DNA from: Candidatus Falkowbacteria bacterium
Lineage (GTDB): Bacteria > Patescibacteriota > Patescibacteriia > Patescibacteriales > UBA12465
DNA length: 55,949 bases
Direction: 5' to 3'
NCBI GenBank assembly: GCA_009995495.1
Contig: JAACPL010000007.1
Location: forward strand, 1-55,949
The notes beneath the pieces were generated by a model. The model made no database searches. It worked only from the letters and a program-made list of their open reading frames with translations, and was not told the DNA's origin. This document shows, in pieces, positions 28,845 to 36,834 of the stretch. The position numbers and the translations under genes are program-made. The first letter of the stretch is position 1. Every line of letters begins with the position of its first letter.

Positions 28845-30074
28845 AATGCTTAAATGGTCGATTCACCCCCGAAGTGCACCACCGGCACATTTAGCTAAGT
28901 TAGCAAGTTGCTGTTTAAAATATTCACTATTTAATATACCATTTTCTAGGTAATGAGTCTTTAAGGACTCTTTTTTTATATCCTTTAGCATATTCTCATT
29001 AAGCATAACCTCAAAAGGAGTGAGTCCACCTAAAGATTTTCTTGGTTTGAAATTAAAGAGAGTCTCAACATACTTAATATATTCATCTGAGTATTGTGAT
29101 AAGTCTGAGCCCTTCTTAAAATATCTCCTGAGCCAAAGATTAGCATTCTCAACGGATCCTTTTTCCCAGGGAGAATAAGGAGTACAAAAATATACTTGTT
29201 CAATATTCATTTTTTCCCACTTAGAATTTTCTTTTCCATTATCTAGCGTTAAACTATCTATTCTTTCTAGTTTTATGCTTGCTTCTTTAATTGATTTATT
29301 AAATTGTTCACTGGTAGCCCTGTCAATCTTTTTTAGATGCAAATACCTTCCTTTTCGATCAATCATTACCGATATAGCCGCTTTTCCTATGATGTTTTCT
29401 TTTCTTCCCGAAACGATTAGGTCAGCTTCCTTGTGTCCGCATCTAGCTCTTTTAGCTATATGTTTAGGTCTCATTTCAATCCCTATCCGATTTGGTATTA
29501 TTTCTTTTTTGGTTTTATTTTTCTTTTGCTTCTTAACCTTCTTTCGTTTTGAATATAGATATTGACAATATGGTTGCCCCCGCCAATCTGCCCGGAGCCA
29601 TTCATAAATAGCAGTTTTAGAAATATGTTTATTCAATTCTTTTTTTGATCGTGAATTAATATCGCTAGGCGACCAACCAATCTCTAGATGAGAGGTGACA
29701 TATTCTAATATTACCAGATCATAATTTATTTTTTTCCAATCAAACCGAGCATACTTCTTTTTAACATAGGCTTTATGAGAAGCTAGATTAGCATCATATT
29801 TACCAACTATTCGCCCCTCACCATTCTTCTTACCCCTTTTAATAACTCGACTGTATTTTATGAGCTCTCTACTAATGGTGCCGTGGTCTCTCCCCAAAAC
29901 TTTTGCCACATCCACAATGGAATACCCTTGGCTTCTTAATATATCTATTCTGTCTCTCTCGTTCTGACTCAGATGACTATATGTCCTTTGAGTCTTTTTT
30001 GTTGTATTTTTCATGGTTTTATTATACGGCCATAGTGGTGCACTTCAAAACGGAATTTCCCAATATTAAGCATT
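28845..30074 (-). mobile_element. IS30-family insertion sequence (about 1.2 kb)
   Basis: A single transposase ORF is flanked by imperfect terminal inverted repeats. The core gaagtgcaccacc (28871-28883) pairs with ggtggtgcacttc (30034-30046). The outer aatgcttaa (28845-28853) pairs with ttaagcatt (30066-30074). Confidence 0.8.
28863..30014 (-). CDS. IS30-family DDE transposase
   Basis: N-terminal HTH (SQNERDRIDILRSQGYSIVDVAKVLGRDHGTISRE). DDE region H.EADLI..., LTLDNGKEN, PYSPWEKGSVENANLWLRRYFPKG-like. Confidence 0.85.
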   Translation of the reverse strand: MKNTTKKTQRTYSHLSQNERDRIDILRSQGYSIVDVAKVLGRDHGTISRELIKYSRVIKRGKKNGEGRIVGKYDANLASHKAYVKKKYARFDWKKINYDLVILEYVTSHLEIGWSPSDINSRSKKELNKHISKTAIYEWLRADWRGQPYCQYLYSKRKKVKKQKKNKTKKEIIPNRIGIEMRPKHIAKRARCGHKEADLIVSGRKENIIGKAAISVMIDRKGRYLHLKKIDRATSEQFNKSIKEASIKLERIDSLTLDNGKENSKWEKMNIEQVYFCTPYSPWEKGSVENANLWLRRYFKKGSDLSQYSDEYIKYVETLFNFKPRKSLGGLTPFEVMLNENMLKDIKKESLKTHYLENGILNSEYFKQQLANLAKCAGGALRG

Positions 30075-30129
30075 ACCCAATTTCGCAGGGATTGCGAAAA
30101 TAGTTTTTTAACAATTAAATAGTGTTATT

Positions 30130-30336
30130 ATGGAAAAAAGTAGCCAAAATCCCAGTTTCGGACAAGGGCTGGAACTTGCCGGTATTATCATCAAAGCACT
30201 CGCTAGCGCTGCCAAGAAAACCAACGCCGATTCAGACAGAGTCCAGGCAGTAATCGGCAAGCCCGGAGTAGTTTTTCAGCTGATTGAAGGTCTGTTTGCG
30301 GAAGACGGAAAAATATTTTTAATTAAAAAATTATAA
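30130..30336 (+). CDS. small hypothetical ORF upstream of the DGR template repeat
   Basis: 68-aa ORF, more G+C-rich than the local background, with no obvious Shine-Dalgarno sequence. Coding status is uncertain. Confidence 0.3.
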   Translation: MEKSSQNPSFGQGLELAGIIIKALASAAKKTNADSDRVQAVIGKPGVVFQLIEGLFAEDGKIFLIKKL

Positions 30337-30419
30337 GTTGGTATAAGGCGCTTGAGGACTTTTAAGTCCCGAATAATATTCAGTCGCTTCTTTCGTATTC
30401 GTCAGAGCGACGGTGAAAC

Positions 30420-30552
30420 CGGAAGGCGCTTTATACAATTTCGTGGTCAACGTGAACGTGCATTCTGACGGTCTGAATGTCAACGTGAATCGCCTTGAGA
30501 ATGACAATGTCTGGAATGGCGAGTATCGTCATCGCGTTGTCTCCCCGCAACT
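30420..30552 (+). other. candidate DGR template repeat (TR)
   Basis: A relatively G+C-rich stretch whose only open frame carries nine AAY (Asn) codons within 28 codons (30437-30520) and ends ...WNGEYRHRVVSP. That frame is closed upstream by a TAA at 30374, so this is not a gene 3' end. It lies next to avd and RT. The boundaries are approximate. Confidence 0.55.
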
Positions 30553-30554
30553 TA

Positions 30555-30938
30555 TTAGTTTCTCCTTCGTTCGTTCGAGGGAGTTTTATTTTCCAATCCC
30601 TTTTTCCAACCACCGAGCATGCGCCCGATTTCATCAAGTTGTTCAGATAAGGCAGAGTATTTTATATTAGCAAGACACTTATTTTCCCAAGCCAGTTGTA
30701 AAAAAAATTTTAAGCTGTCTAACTTTAAAATGGCTATTGATAATTGAGCCGATTTCCTTTCCCCAGACAAATATACTGTTATAAAAGTATTTTCCAAAAG
30801 TGATAAAAAATTATTTTCAATTTTCCCTCCTAAATTGTAGCGATAAATTTTAGGAAAACTACTCAAGACACTAAACCAAAGACTATAAGCTTCTTTTGTT
30901 TTGATGAGAACTACTGGCGGTCTAAGTGATGCATTCAT
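30555..30938 (-). CDS. avd: four-helix-bundle protein, DGR accessory variability determinant (Avd)-like
   Basis: 127 aa with the size and helical pattern of the 23S-rRNA-IVS/Avd family (KEAYSLW...FPK..RY.LG.KIEN..L.LLE....A......K...L......LD.LK..L.LA.E...L....Y..L...L.EIG.MLGGW). Adjacent to a DGR-type RT. Confidence 0.7.
   Translation of the reverse strand: MNASLRPPVVLIKTKEAYSLWFSVLSSFPKIYRYNLGGKIENNFLSLLENTFITVYLSGERKSAQLSIAILKLDSLKFFLQLAWENKCLANIKYSALSEQLDEIGRMLGGWKKGLENKTPSNERRRN
30562..30592 (+). terminator. hairpin plus T-run directly after the TR (inside the avd 3' end, antisense)
   Basis: ctccttcg-ttcgtt-cgagggag (8-bp stem including one G-U pair) followed by ttttatttt. Confidence 0.4.
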
Positions 30939-30947
30939 AAATTTATA

Positions 30948-31943
30948 ATGAAAAAATTTATTAAAACTTACAGTGAAATTGTTACTATTTCTAATTTACT
31001 TTTAGCTTGGGAAGAGTTTCTTGTTGGAAAAAAGAAACGAAGGGATGTGGTTATTTTTCAGGGGCGACTGATGAATAATATTTTTAACCTCTATCATGAT
31101 TTAAAAGAAAAAAATTATTGCCACAGTGATTATCAAGCTTTTAAAATTTCAGATCCTAAACCCAGAAATATTCATAAGGCCATAGTTCGCGACAGGCTAC
31201 TCCACCACTTACTTTACCAAGAAACTTATCAGTATTTTGACCAACAATTTATTTACGACTCTTATTCTTGTCGTCTAAACAAAGGTACTCATCGCGCTAT
31301 TAGTCGTTTGGCTGAGTTTAAAGATAAAGTTTCGGAGAATAATTATAAAACAGTTTGGGTTCTTAAATGTGATATTAAAAAATTTTTTGCCAGCATTAAT
31401 CATAAAATTTTAAAGAATATTTTAGTTAAGTATATTGAGGATCGGGACTTGCTTTGGTTGTTTGGACAAGTGATTGATAGTTTTAATACGCCTGGAAAAA
31501 TTGGCATCGGACTACCATTGGGAAATCTGACCTCGCAGTTATTAGTTAATATTTACATGAATGAATTTGATCAATTTGTTAAACGGACTTTAAAAATAAA
31601 ATACTATCTTCGCTATGCAGACGACTTTTTATTTTTAAAGGATAATAAAGAAGAATTAATTTCTTTGCGAACAAAATTAGAAATATTTTTAAATGAACAC
31701 TTATGCCTGACGCTACATCCAAATAAAACTTTTTTAAAAACCATAGCCAGTGGTGTTGATTTTTTGGGTTGGGTACAATTTTCTGAACATAGAACCCTGA
31801 GAACGATAACGAAGCGACGCATGTTTAAAAAAATTAAACAGAATAATAAGCCAGCGACCAAGGCTTCTTATTTGGCAATGTTAAAACATGGCAATGCTCA
31901 TAAGTTAACCAAAGTGGCTGGTTTAGTTAACGAAAAATTATAA
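30948..31943 (+). CDS. DGR-type reverse transcriptase
   Basis: 331 aa. RT motifs include LPLGNLTSQLLVNIYMNEFD (the [I/L]GxxxSQ signature that distinguishes DGR RTs) and RYADDFLFL (YxDD box). Confidence 0.85.
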   Translation: MKKFIKTYSEIVTISNLLLAWEEFLVGKKKRRDVVIFQGRLMNNIFNLYHDLKEKNYCHSDYQAFKISDPKPRNIHKAIVRDRLLHHLLYQETYQYFDQQFIYDSYSCRLNKGTHRAISRLAEFKDKVSENNYKTVWVLKCDIKKFFASINHKILKNILVKYIEDRDLLWLFGQVIDSFNTPGKIGIGLPLGNLTSQLLVNIYMNEFDQFVKRTLKIKYYLRYADDFLFLKDNKEELISLRTKLEIFLNEHLCLTLHPNKTFLKTIASGVDFLGWVQFSEHRTLRTITKRRMFKKIKQNNKPATKASYLAMLKHGNAHKLTKVAGLVNEKL

Positions 31944-31949
31944 CATTTT

Positions 31950-32146
31950 TTGACAATTAACGCAATAAATATTATAGAGTCGCCTGCCCTTGACTTTTTC
32001 ATAAACATTAGCTAGGCTTGAAGGGTAAAAAGAATATTTTAATATCTTTCCCAAAACTGAAGCAATTCAGTTAAGTTCCCTTGAAACAAAGTGGAGCTAA
32101 AGGTATTTCTTAACCCCAACGTTTTAGGAAATACTTGGGGTTTTTA
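31950..32146 (+). promoter_or_regulatory. promoter-to-terminator unit (candidate leader or small RNA) between RT and rpsF
   Basis: TTGACA (31950-31955), 17 nt, TATAGA (31973-31978). Several short hairpins follow. Then ccccaa...ttgggg plus T5 (32114-32146), about 100 nt before rpsF. Confidence 0.3.
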
Positions 32147-32243
32147 TTTAATATTTAATAAAAATTTAAAATATAAATAAAAGGAAAGGCTTTAGAAATT
32201 ATTTAAATTTTTTTTAAGTAATATTCAGGGCTAATCCTATAAA

Positions 32244-32783
32244 ATGATTATGTCAAAAACCAAGAAGACCGGTGCCGGTCATTATGAAATCTTGTTCATT
32301 GTTCCTAATAAATTTACTGAAGATGAGGCGAAAAAAATCGCTACTAAGGTTGACGCAATGATTGTTGAGACTGAGGGGAAAGTAACTTTCAGTGAATTTT
32401 GGGGAAAAAAGAAATTAGCCTATAAGATTAAAAATAACGAATACGGCTATTATGGTCTATTTGAATTTGATCTAGAAAAGGAGAATTTGGCTAAAATTGA
32501 TAACAATCTTCGTTTATCAACTGAGATTTTACGTCACCAAATCGTTATTAAGAAAATAAAAACTGAAGCTGAATTAAAACGAGAGGAAGAAATTCGCGTT
32601 AAAATTGATTCTAAAAAAGCCAAAGAAGTAAAAGTTGAAAAAACGGGGGTAAAAAAGGATTTTAAAGAAGAAAAAACTGATAAAACTACCAGCGTGAAAA
32701 AAGCCGTTGCTTCAAAGAGCTCTGGCTTAAAAGAGTTGGATGAAAAATTAGAAGGAATCCTTAATGCCGACGATTTAATTTAA
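32244..32783 (+). CDS. rpsF: 30S ribosomal protein S6 with Lys/Glu-rich C-terminal extension
   Basis: YEILFIV......E.A..I......I...G......E.WGKKKLAY.I......GYY..FEF pattern. Operon context with ssb and rpsR. Confidence 0.85.
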   Translation: MIMSKTKKTGAGHYEILFIVPNKFTEDEAKKIATKVDAMIVETEGKVTFSEFWGKKKLAYKIKNNEYGYYGLFEFDLEKENLAKIDNNLRLSTEILRHQIVIKKIKTEAELKREEEIRVKIDSKKAKEVKVEKTGVKKDFKEEKTDKTTSVKKAVASKSSGLKELDEKLEGILNADDLI

Positions 32784-32833
32784 TTTAACAAAAAGTTAAA
32801 GTTTTTTAATAAGCTTATAACTTAAATAAATTT

Positions 32834-33301
32834 ATGAATCTTAATAAAGCTATGATAATTGGTAATCTAACTAGAGACCCGGAAGTTAGAAATACAACAA
32901 CTGGGCAAATAGTTGCTTCCTTTTCAGTTGCAACTAATTTAGTTTGGACCGATCAATCCGGACAACAACAAAAGAAAGTTGAATTCCACAACATTATCGC
33001 TTGGCGTCGTTTAGCAGAAATTTGTTCAAAATATCTTCACAAGGGTTCTAAGGTTTATCTTGAAGGCCGTCTCCAAACAACTGATTGGACCGGACAAGAT
33101 GGAGTGAAAAGATATAAAACAGAAATTGTTGCTGAAAATATGATTATGCTTGATAATAAGGGCGGTTCAGGAAATTTTGAAGGCGCTAATGGTGGACAAA
33201 ATTATCAAGGCGGACAAAACTCAGCTCGCGAAGAAGTAATTGAAATTCCTGAGGAAAGTATTGACGACGAAGAAATAAAAGTTGAAAATATTCCTTTTTA
33301 A
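32834..33301 (+). CDS. ssb: single-stranded DNA-binding protein
   Basis: MNLNKAMIIGNLTRDPE.R.T..G...A.FSVAT...W......Q....FHNI.AW..LAE. Gly-rich tail ending in an acidic DDEEI...IPF tip. Confidence 0.9.
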   Translation: MNLNKAMIIGNLTRDPEVRNTTTGQIVASFSVATNLVWTDQSGQQQKKVEFHNIIAWRRLAEICSKYLHKGSKVYLEGRLQTTDWTGQDGVKRYKTEIVAENMIMLDNKGGSGNFEGANGGQNYQGGQNSAREEVIEIPEESIDDEEIKVENIPF

Positions 33302-33369
33302 TAATTAAATAAAGAAAATAATAAAGAGCAAAAATTCTGATTTCAGATTTTTGCTGCAAAACAAATACT

Positions 33370-33582
33370 ATGGCTACTAAAAAAGCAAAAGAATGTTATT
33401 TTTGTGTTAACAACCTAGAAGTTGACTACAAAGATATTAGAACTTTAAGAAAGTTCATTAATTTCTACATGAAAATCTTACCTGGTTCAAGAACTGGAGT
33501 TTGTGCTTGGCACCAAAGAAAATTAGCAACCGCTATTAAACGTGCTCGCGTCATGTCTTTATTAGCAGCAACTCATAAATAA
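33370..33582 (+). CDS. rpsR: 30S ribosomal protein S18
   Basis: C.FC......VDYKD...LRKFI.....I.P.R.TG.CA.HQR.LA.AIKRAR..(A/S)LL. Confidence 0.9.
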   Translation: MATKKAKECYFCVNNLEVDYKDIRTLRKFINFYMKILPGSRTGVCAWHQRKLATAIKRARVMSLLAATHK

Positions 33583-33645
33583 ATTTAAGAGTTCTTCTAA
33601 TAAAATTTAAGCTCGGCGCTTAAGGCCGAAATTAAACATAAATTT

Positions 33646-34203
33646 ATGCTTAGTTTTAACGAAATAAAATCAGGAAGAGTTATCAAGGTAAATGACGAAC
33701 CATATATCATTATTAAAACAGATCATCATAAAATGGGTCGTGGCGGGGCAGTTTTAAAAACAAAATGTCGTAATTTAATTAATGGTAATGTTTTAGAACG
33801 AACTTATCAAGGGGCTGATAAGGCCGAAGAAGCGGAGACTGAAACTAAGAAAGCTAACTTTATGTATAAAGATAAAGACGAGGCTTTTTTTATGGACAAT
33901 GCTAGCTTTGAGCAATTTAGTTTGCATGTTGATGAAATCGGTTCCCAGGTTAAGTTTTTAAAAGATAATACTGATGTTGATGTTTTATATTTTGAAGGAA
34001 AGCCGGTGACTGTTAGTTTGCCGATTAAAATGGAATTCAAAGTTATTAGTGCTCCTCCTGGAGTTAAGGGAAATTCGGTAGGTAATGTTAATAAAACTGT
34101 GCAACTTGAAACGGGCGCTGAAATTAACGTGCCGATGTTTATTAACGAAGGCGATATTATTCGGGTCAATACGGAAAACGAAGAATATGTAGAAAGAGCT
34201 TAG
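33646..34203 (+). CDS. efp: elongation factor P
   Basis: 185 aa. NEIK.G..I......Y.I......H.K.GRGGA....K.RNL..G, followed by OB domains. Confidence 0.9.
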   Translation: MLSFNEIKSGRVIKVNDEPYIIIKTDHHKMGRGGAVLKTKCRNLINGNVLERTYQGADKAEEAETETKKANFMYKDKDEAFFMDNASFEQFSLHVDEIGSQVKFLKDNTDVDVLYFEGKPVTVSLPIKMEFKVISAPPGVKGNSVGNVNKTVQLETGAEINVPMFINEGDIIRVNTENEEYVERA

Positions 34204-34210
34204 CTTTTTT

Positions 34211-34246
34211 AACCGCCCGGGCCTCTTGGTCGGGGCGGTTTTTTTA
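34211..34246 (+). terminator. intrinsic terminator after efp
   Basis: aaccgccc ... gggcggtt stem followed by T5+. Confidence 0.65.
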
Positions 34247-34306
34247 AAAGGCTCAAGGTCGCAAGATTACAAGAAGCTTTTTGTTTTATATGATATAATT
34301 TTAATT

Positions 34307-35734
34307 ATGGAAATCTTAATCGCTTCATTTTTAATAGTTTTTTGCTTTCTTTCTTGGCGAAGACTTGAGACAGGTTTATTTTTTATTGCCGCTCTATTAC
34401 CGACTTATTTAATTCGTTTTCAGATTTTAGGCTTGCCTTTGACTTTGCTTGAGTTAATGATTTTAATAATTTTTGCGATTTGGTTTTTTAAGGAATGGCC
34501 GGAGTTAAAAAAACGATTGAAACTTGTCTTGGCTGGATTTAAAAATAAAAAGAACGATAAAGATGGAATTGAAAAAACTAATTATCCTTTTTGGCGGGAA
34601 ATAATTTTGCTTTTAATTATTTCCTTTGTTTCTTTAGCGGTCGCCGACTTTTCTTTAGCCGCTTTAGGCATTTGGAAAGCTTATTTTCTTGAACCAGTTT
34701 TATTATTCATTGTTGCGGTTAATGTTTTATCAACTAATAAAAAACGAGAACGAATATTTTTAGCTCTTGCACTTTCGGTTCTTTCAATTTCCTTAGTCGC
34801 AATTTATCAAAAACTAAGCGGACAGTTTATTGCCAATGATTTTTGGGCGGCGAGTGAAAGCCGTCGAGTTGTTTCTTGGTTTAGCTATCCGAATGCCGTT
34901 GGTTTATTCTTAGCTCCTTTGATTGTTTTATTTAGTGGAGTTTTTTATTCCTTACCAAGATTAACTAATTTGTCTGGAGCGTTTAAAAAAATTGGAATTT
35001 TAATCGTTATAATTTTAGGAGCCCTATCAATTTTTTTCGCTCGCTCAGACGGCGGTTTGATCGCGGTTTTAGTTGCTCTCTTTCTGATTGCTTTCTTAGC
35101 TGATAGGAAGAAGAGAATTATCGCTCTTAGTCTAGCGGGAATTTTTCTTATTTTTGCTTTTCTTTACGCGCCTTTAGGTGATGGTCTTGTTAATCATCTT
35201 GGTTTTAAAAATTTATCAGGGCAAATAAGACTACAACAATGGGAGGAAACGATGGAAACTTTAAAGGGCCCAGCTTTTTTACTCGGTAATGGTTTAAGTG
35301 GTTATCAAGAGGCGGTTAAGCCATATCATCAAGAAGGAATATTTTTTAATTATGACGGTTTAGAAAATTTTGACGCCGTTGTTTGGGCCTCTTCTACTTT
35401 AAGAGAAAAATATTGGCAACCGGTTGAAATTTATCTTTATCCCCATAATATATTTTTAAATTTTTGGACGGAACTAGGTTTAATTGGAGCGCTATTATTT
35501 TTATTTATTTTAATTAAGGCGAGCATAATTGCTTTCAAACTTTTTAAACATTATAAACGAGAAAATAGTTCTCATCGTTATTTAGCCCTTGGTCTTTTAG
35601 GAGCTTTGATCGCGATTTTTGTTCACGGCTTAGTTGATGTGCCGTATTTTAAAAATGATTTAGCCGCTTTATTTTTCTTATTACTTGCGATTTTAGGGAC
35701 AATGAAAATTGAAAGTGAAAGTGAAAGAAAGTAG
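34307..35734 (+). CDS. O-antigen ligase (Wzy_C/RfaL-like) family membrane protein
   Basis: About 475 aa, polytopic, with a large loop containing the YPHNIFLNFWTELG motif typical of the family. I place the start at the ATG at 34307, after the efp terminator and a TATAAT box. Confidence 0.65.
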   Translation: MEILIASFLIVFCFLSWRRLETGLFFIAALLPTYLIRFQILGLPLTLLELMILIIFAIWFFKEWPELKKRLKLVLAGFKNKKNDKDGIEKTNYPFWREIILLLIISFVSLAVADFSLAALGIWKAYFLEPVLLFIVAVNVLSTNKKRERIFLALALSVLSISLVAIYQKLSGQFIANDFWAASESRRVVSWFSYPNAVGLFLAPLIVLFSGVFYSLPRLTNLSGAFKKIGILIVIILGALSIFFARSDGGLIAVLVALFLIAFLADRKKRIIALSLAGIFLIFAFLYAPLGDGLVNHLGFKNLSGQIRLQQWEETMETLKGPAFLLGNGLSGYQEAVKPYHQEGIFFNYDGLENFDAVVWASSTLREKYWQPVEIYLYPHNIFLNFWTELGLIGALLFLFILIKASIIAFKLFKHYKRENSSHRYLALGLLGALIAIFVHGLVDVPYFKNDLAALFFLLLAILGTMKIESESERK

Positions 35735-35761
35735 GTGTGTTTAAAAAATAATAAAACAAAA

Positions 35762-36502
35762 ATGAAAATAGTTTTACAAAAATTGATTGCCGAATCTGGA
35801 AAATGTTCAAGACGCCAAGCCGAAGATTTAATTCGGTCGGGAAAAGTTTTGCTTAATGGCGAAGAAGCTTTTTTGGGACAAAGAGCGGAGGCCGGAGTTG
35901 ATGTGGTTGAAGTTGAGGGAGAGATTTTAGGCGAGGCTAGAGACTTTATTTATTTAAAATTTAATAAGCCGGCGGGATATGTCTCAACAACCGCGAGTTT
36001 TCCGAATGAAAAAAGTATTTTTGAACTTGTGAACCTTGATGAAAAATTATTTCCGGTTGGTCGCTTAGATAAAGATAGTCGTGGATTAATGTTGTTAACT
36101 AATGATGGCGGTTTAGCACAAAAACTAAGTCACCCGCGTTATGAACATGAAAAAATTTATGAAGCGCGCGTTAAATTCGTTGGTAAAAGTTTTGGAGACG
36201 ATAGAGAGGCTGAATTAGCGCCGGAGCGAGTTGTGAGATTAATGGAAAAAGGTTTTGATATTGGCGAGGGGGACGGTTTAGCGCGGGCAAAAAAAGTTGA
36301 ATGTCTACAATATGGATTTTTTAGAATAACTTTAACCGAAGGAAAGAAGCGTCAAATTAGACGGATGTTTATGGAATTAGGTTTTAAGATTTTAGATTTG
36401 AAACGGGTTGAGTTAGCGGGATTAAAAATAGCTGGATTACCAGAAGGCTCTTGGGATTATTTGAGTGAGGAAGAGCTTAGTGATTTGAAGAGGGGGGCTT
36501 AG
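35762..36502 (+). CDS. RsuA/RluB-family pseudouridine synthase
   Basis: S4 domain (LQKLIAESG.CSRRQAE.LI..G.V..NG), catalytic GRLDKDS.GL.LLTNDG, and KKRQIRRMF. Confidence 0.8.
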   Translation: MKIVLQKLIAESGKCSRRQAEDLIRSGKVLLNGEEAFLGQRAEAGVDVVEVEGEILGEARDFIYLKFNKPAGYVSTTASFPNEKSIFELVNLDEKLFPVGRLDKDSRGLMLLTNDGGLAQKLSHPRYEHEKIYEARVKFVGKSFGDDREAELAPERVVRLMEKGFDIGEGDGLARAKKVECLQYGFFRITLTEGKKRQIRRMFMELGFKILDLKRVELAGLKIAGLPEGSWDYLSEEELSDLKRGA

Positions 36503-36536
36503 TTGTTTGGAAATAAATCTTAGTAATTAAGATAAG

Positions 36537-36623
36537 GGAGACTTGCCAGAGTGGTTGAATGGGACACTCTCGAAAAGTGTTGTGCTCGCAAGGGCACCCA
36601 GGGTTCGAATCCCTGAGTCTCCG
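36537..36623 (+). tRNA. tRNA-Ser(CGA), no encoded CCA
   Basis: Acceptor GGAGACT/AGTCTCC, anticodon stem ACACT/AGTGT with loop CTCGAAA, long variable arm, T-loop GGTTCGAATCC, discriminator G. Confidence 0.9.
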
Positions 36624-36659
36624 CAGGAGATAAAACAAAGAATGAAACTTTTGTTTCAG

Positions 36660-36834
36660 TCTTTGTTTTAGCTTCTTGAAAAGAAGCTGAGGGTTCGAAC
36701 TGGTTGGAAGCGAGACGCGAGAGAGGGCGGAAGCCCGAAAGAGCGAACGAGCGTCGGACGACTTGCCGGGGGCAAGTCGGACGCCAACCCTGGACAAGCG
36801 AACGAGGCGCTTGCCGGCGCTGAGTGAGGGCGAA
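36660..36834. other. strongly G+C-rich, hairpin-rich non-coding insert downstream of tRNA-Ser(CGA)
   Basis: There is an abrupt composition shift. It contains hairpin agcttctt-gaaa-aagaagct, hairpin cgacttgcc-ggg-ggcaagtcg, and a repeated agcgaacgag. It is bounded on the right by a copy of the tRNA 3' end. Confidence 0.5.

Noticed and set aside
30413-30670. Track ORFs 30413-30670 (+) and 30431-30637 (-) as protein-coding genes.
   Set aside because: They overlap each other, the TR and the avd 3' end. The plus ORF starts at GTG with no Shine-Dalgarno sequence, and its Asn-rich frame is better explained as the DGR template.
36660-36834. The G+C-rich insert as a known structured RNA (tmRNA, group I/II intron fragment, or a second tRNA with an intron).
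   Set aside because: I could not find an acceptor-stem partner for the second 3' end copy. There is no tmRNA tag ORF or alanine-type acceptor, and no intron core motifs. I kept it as an unexplained structured insert.
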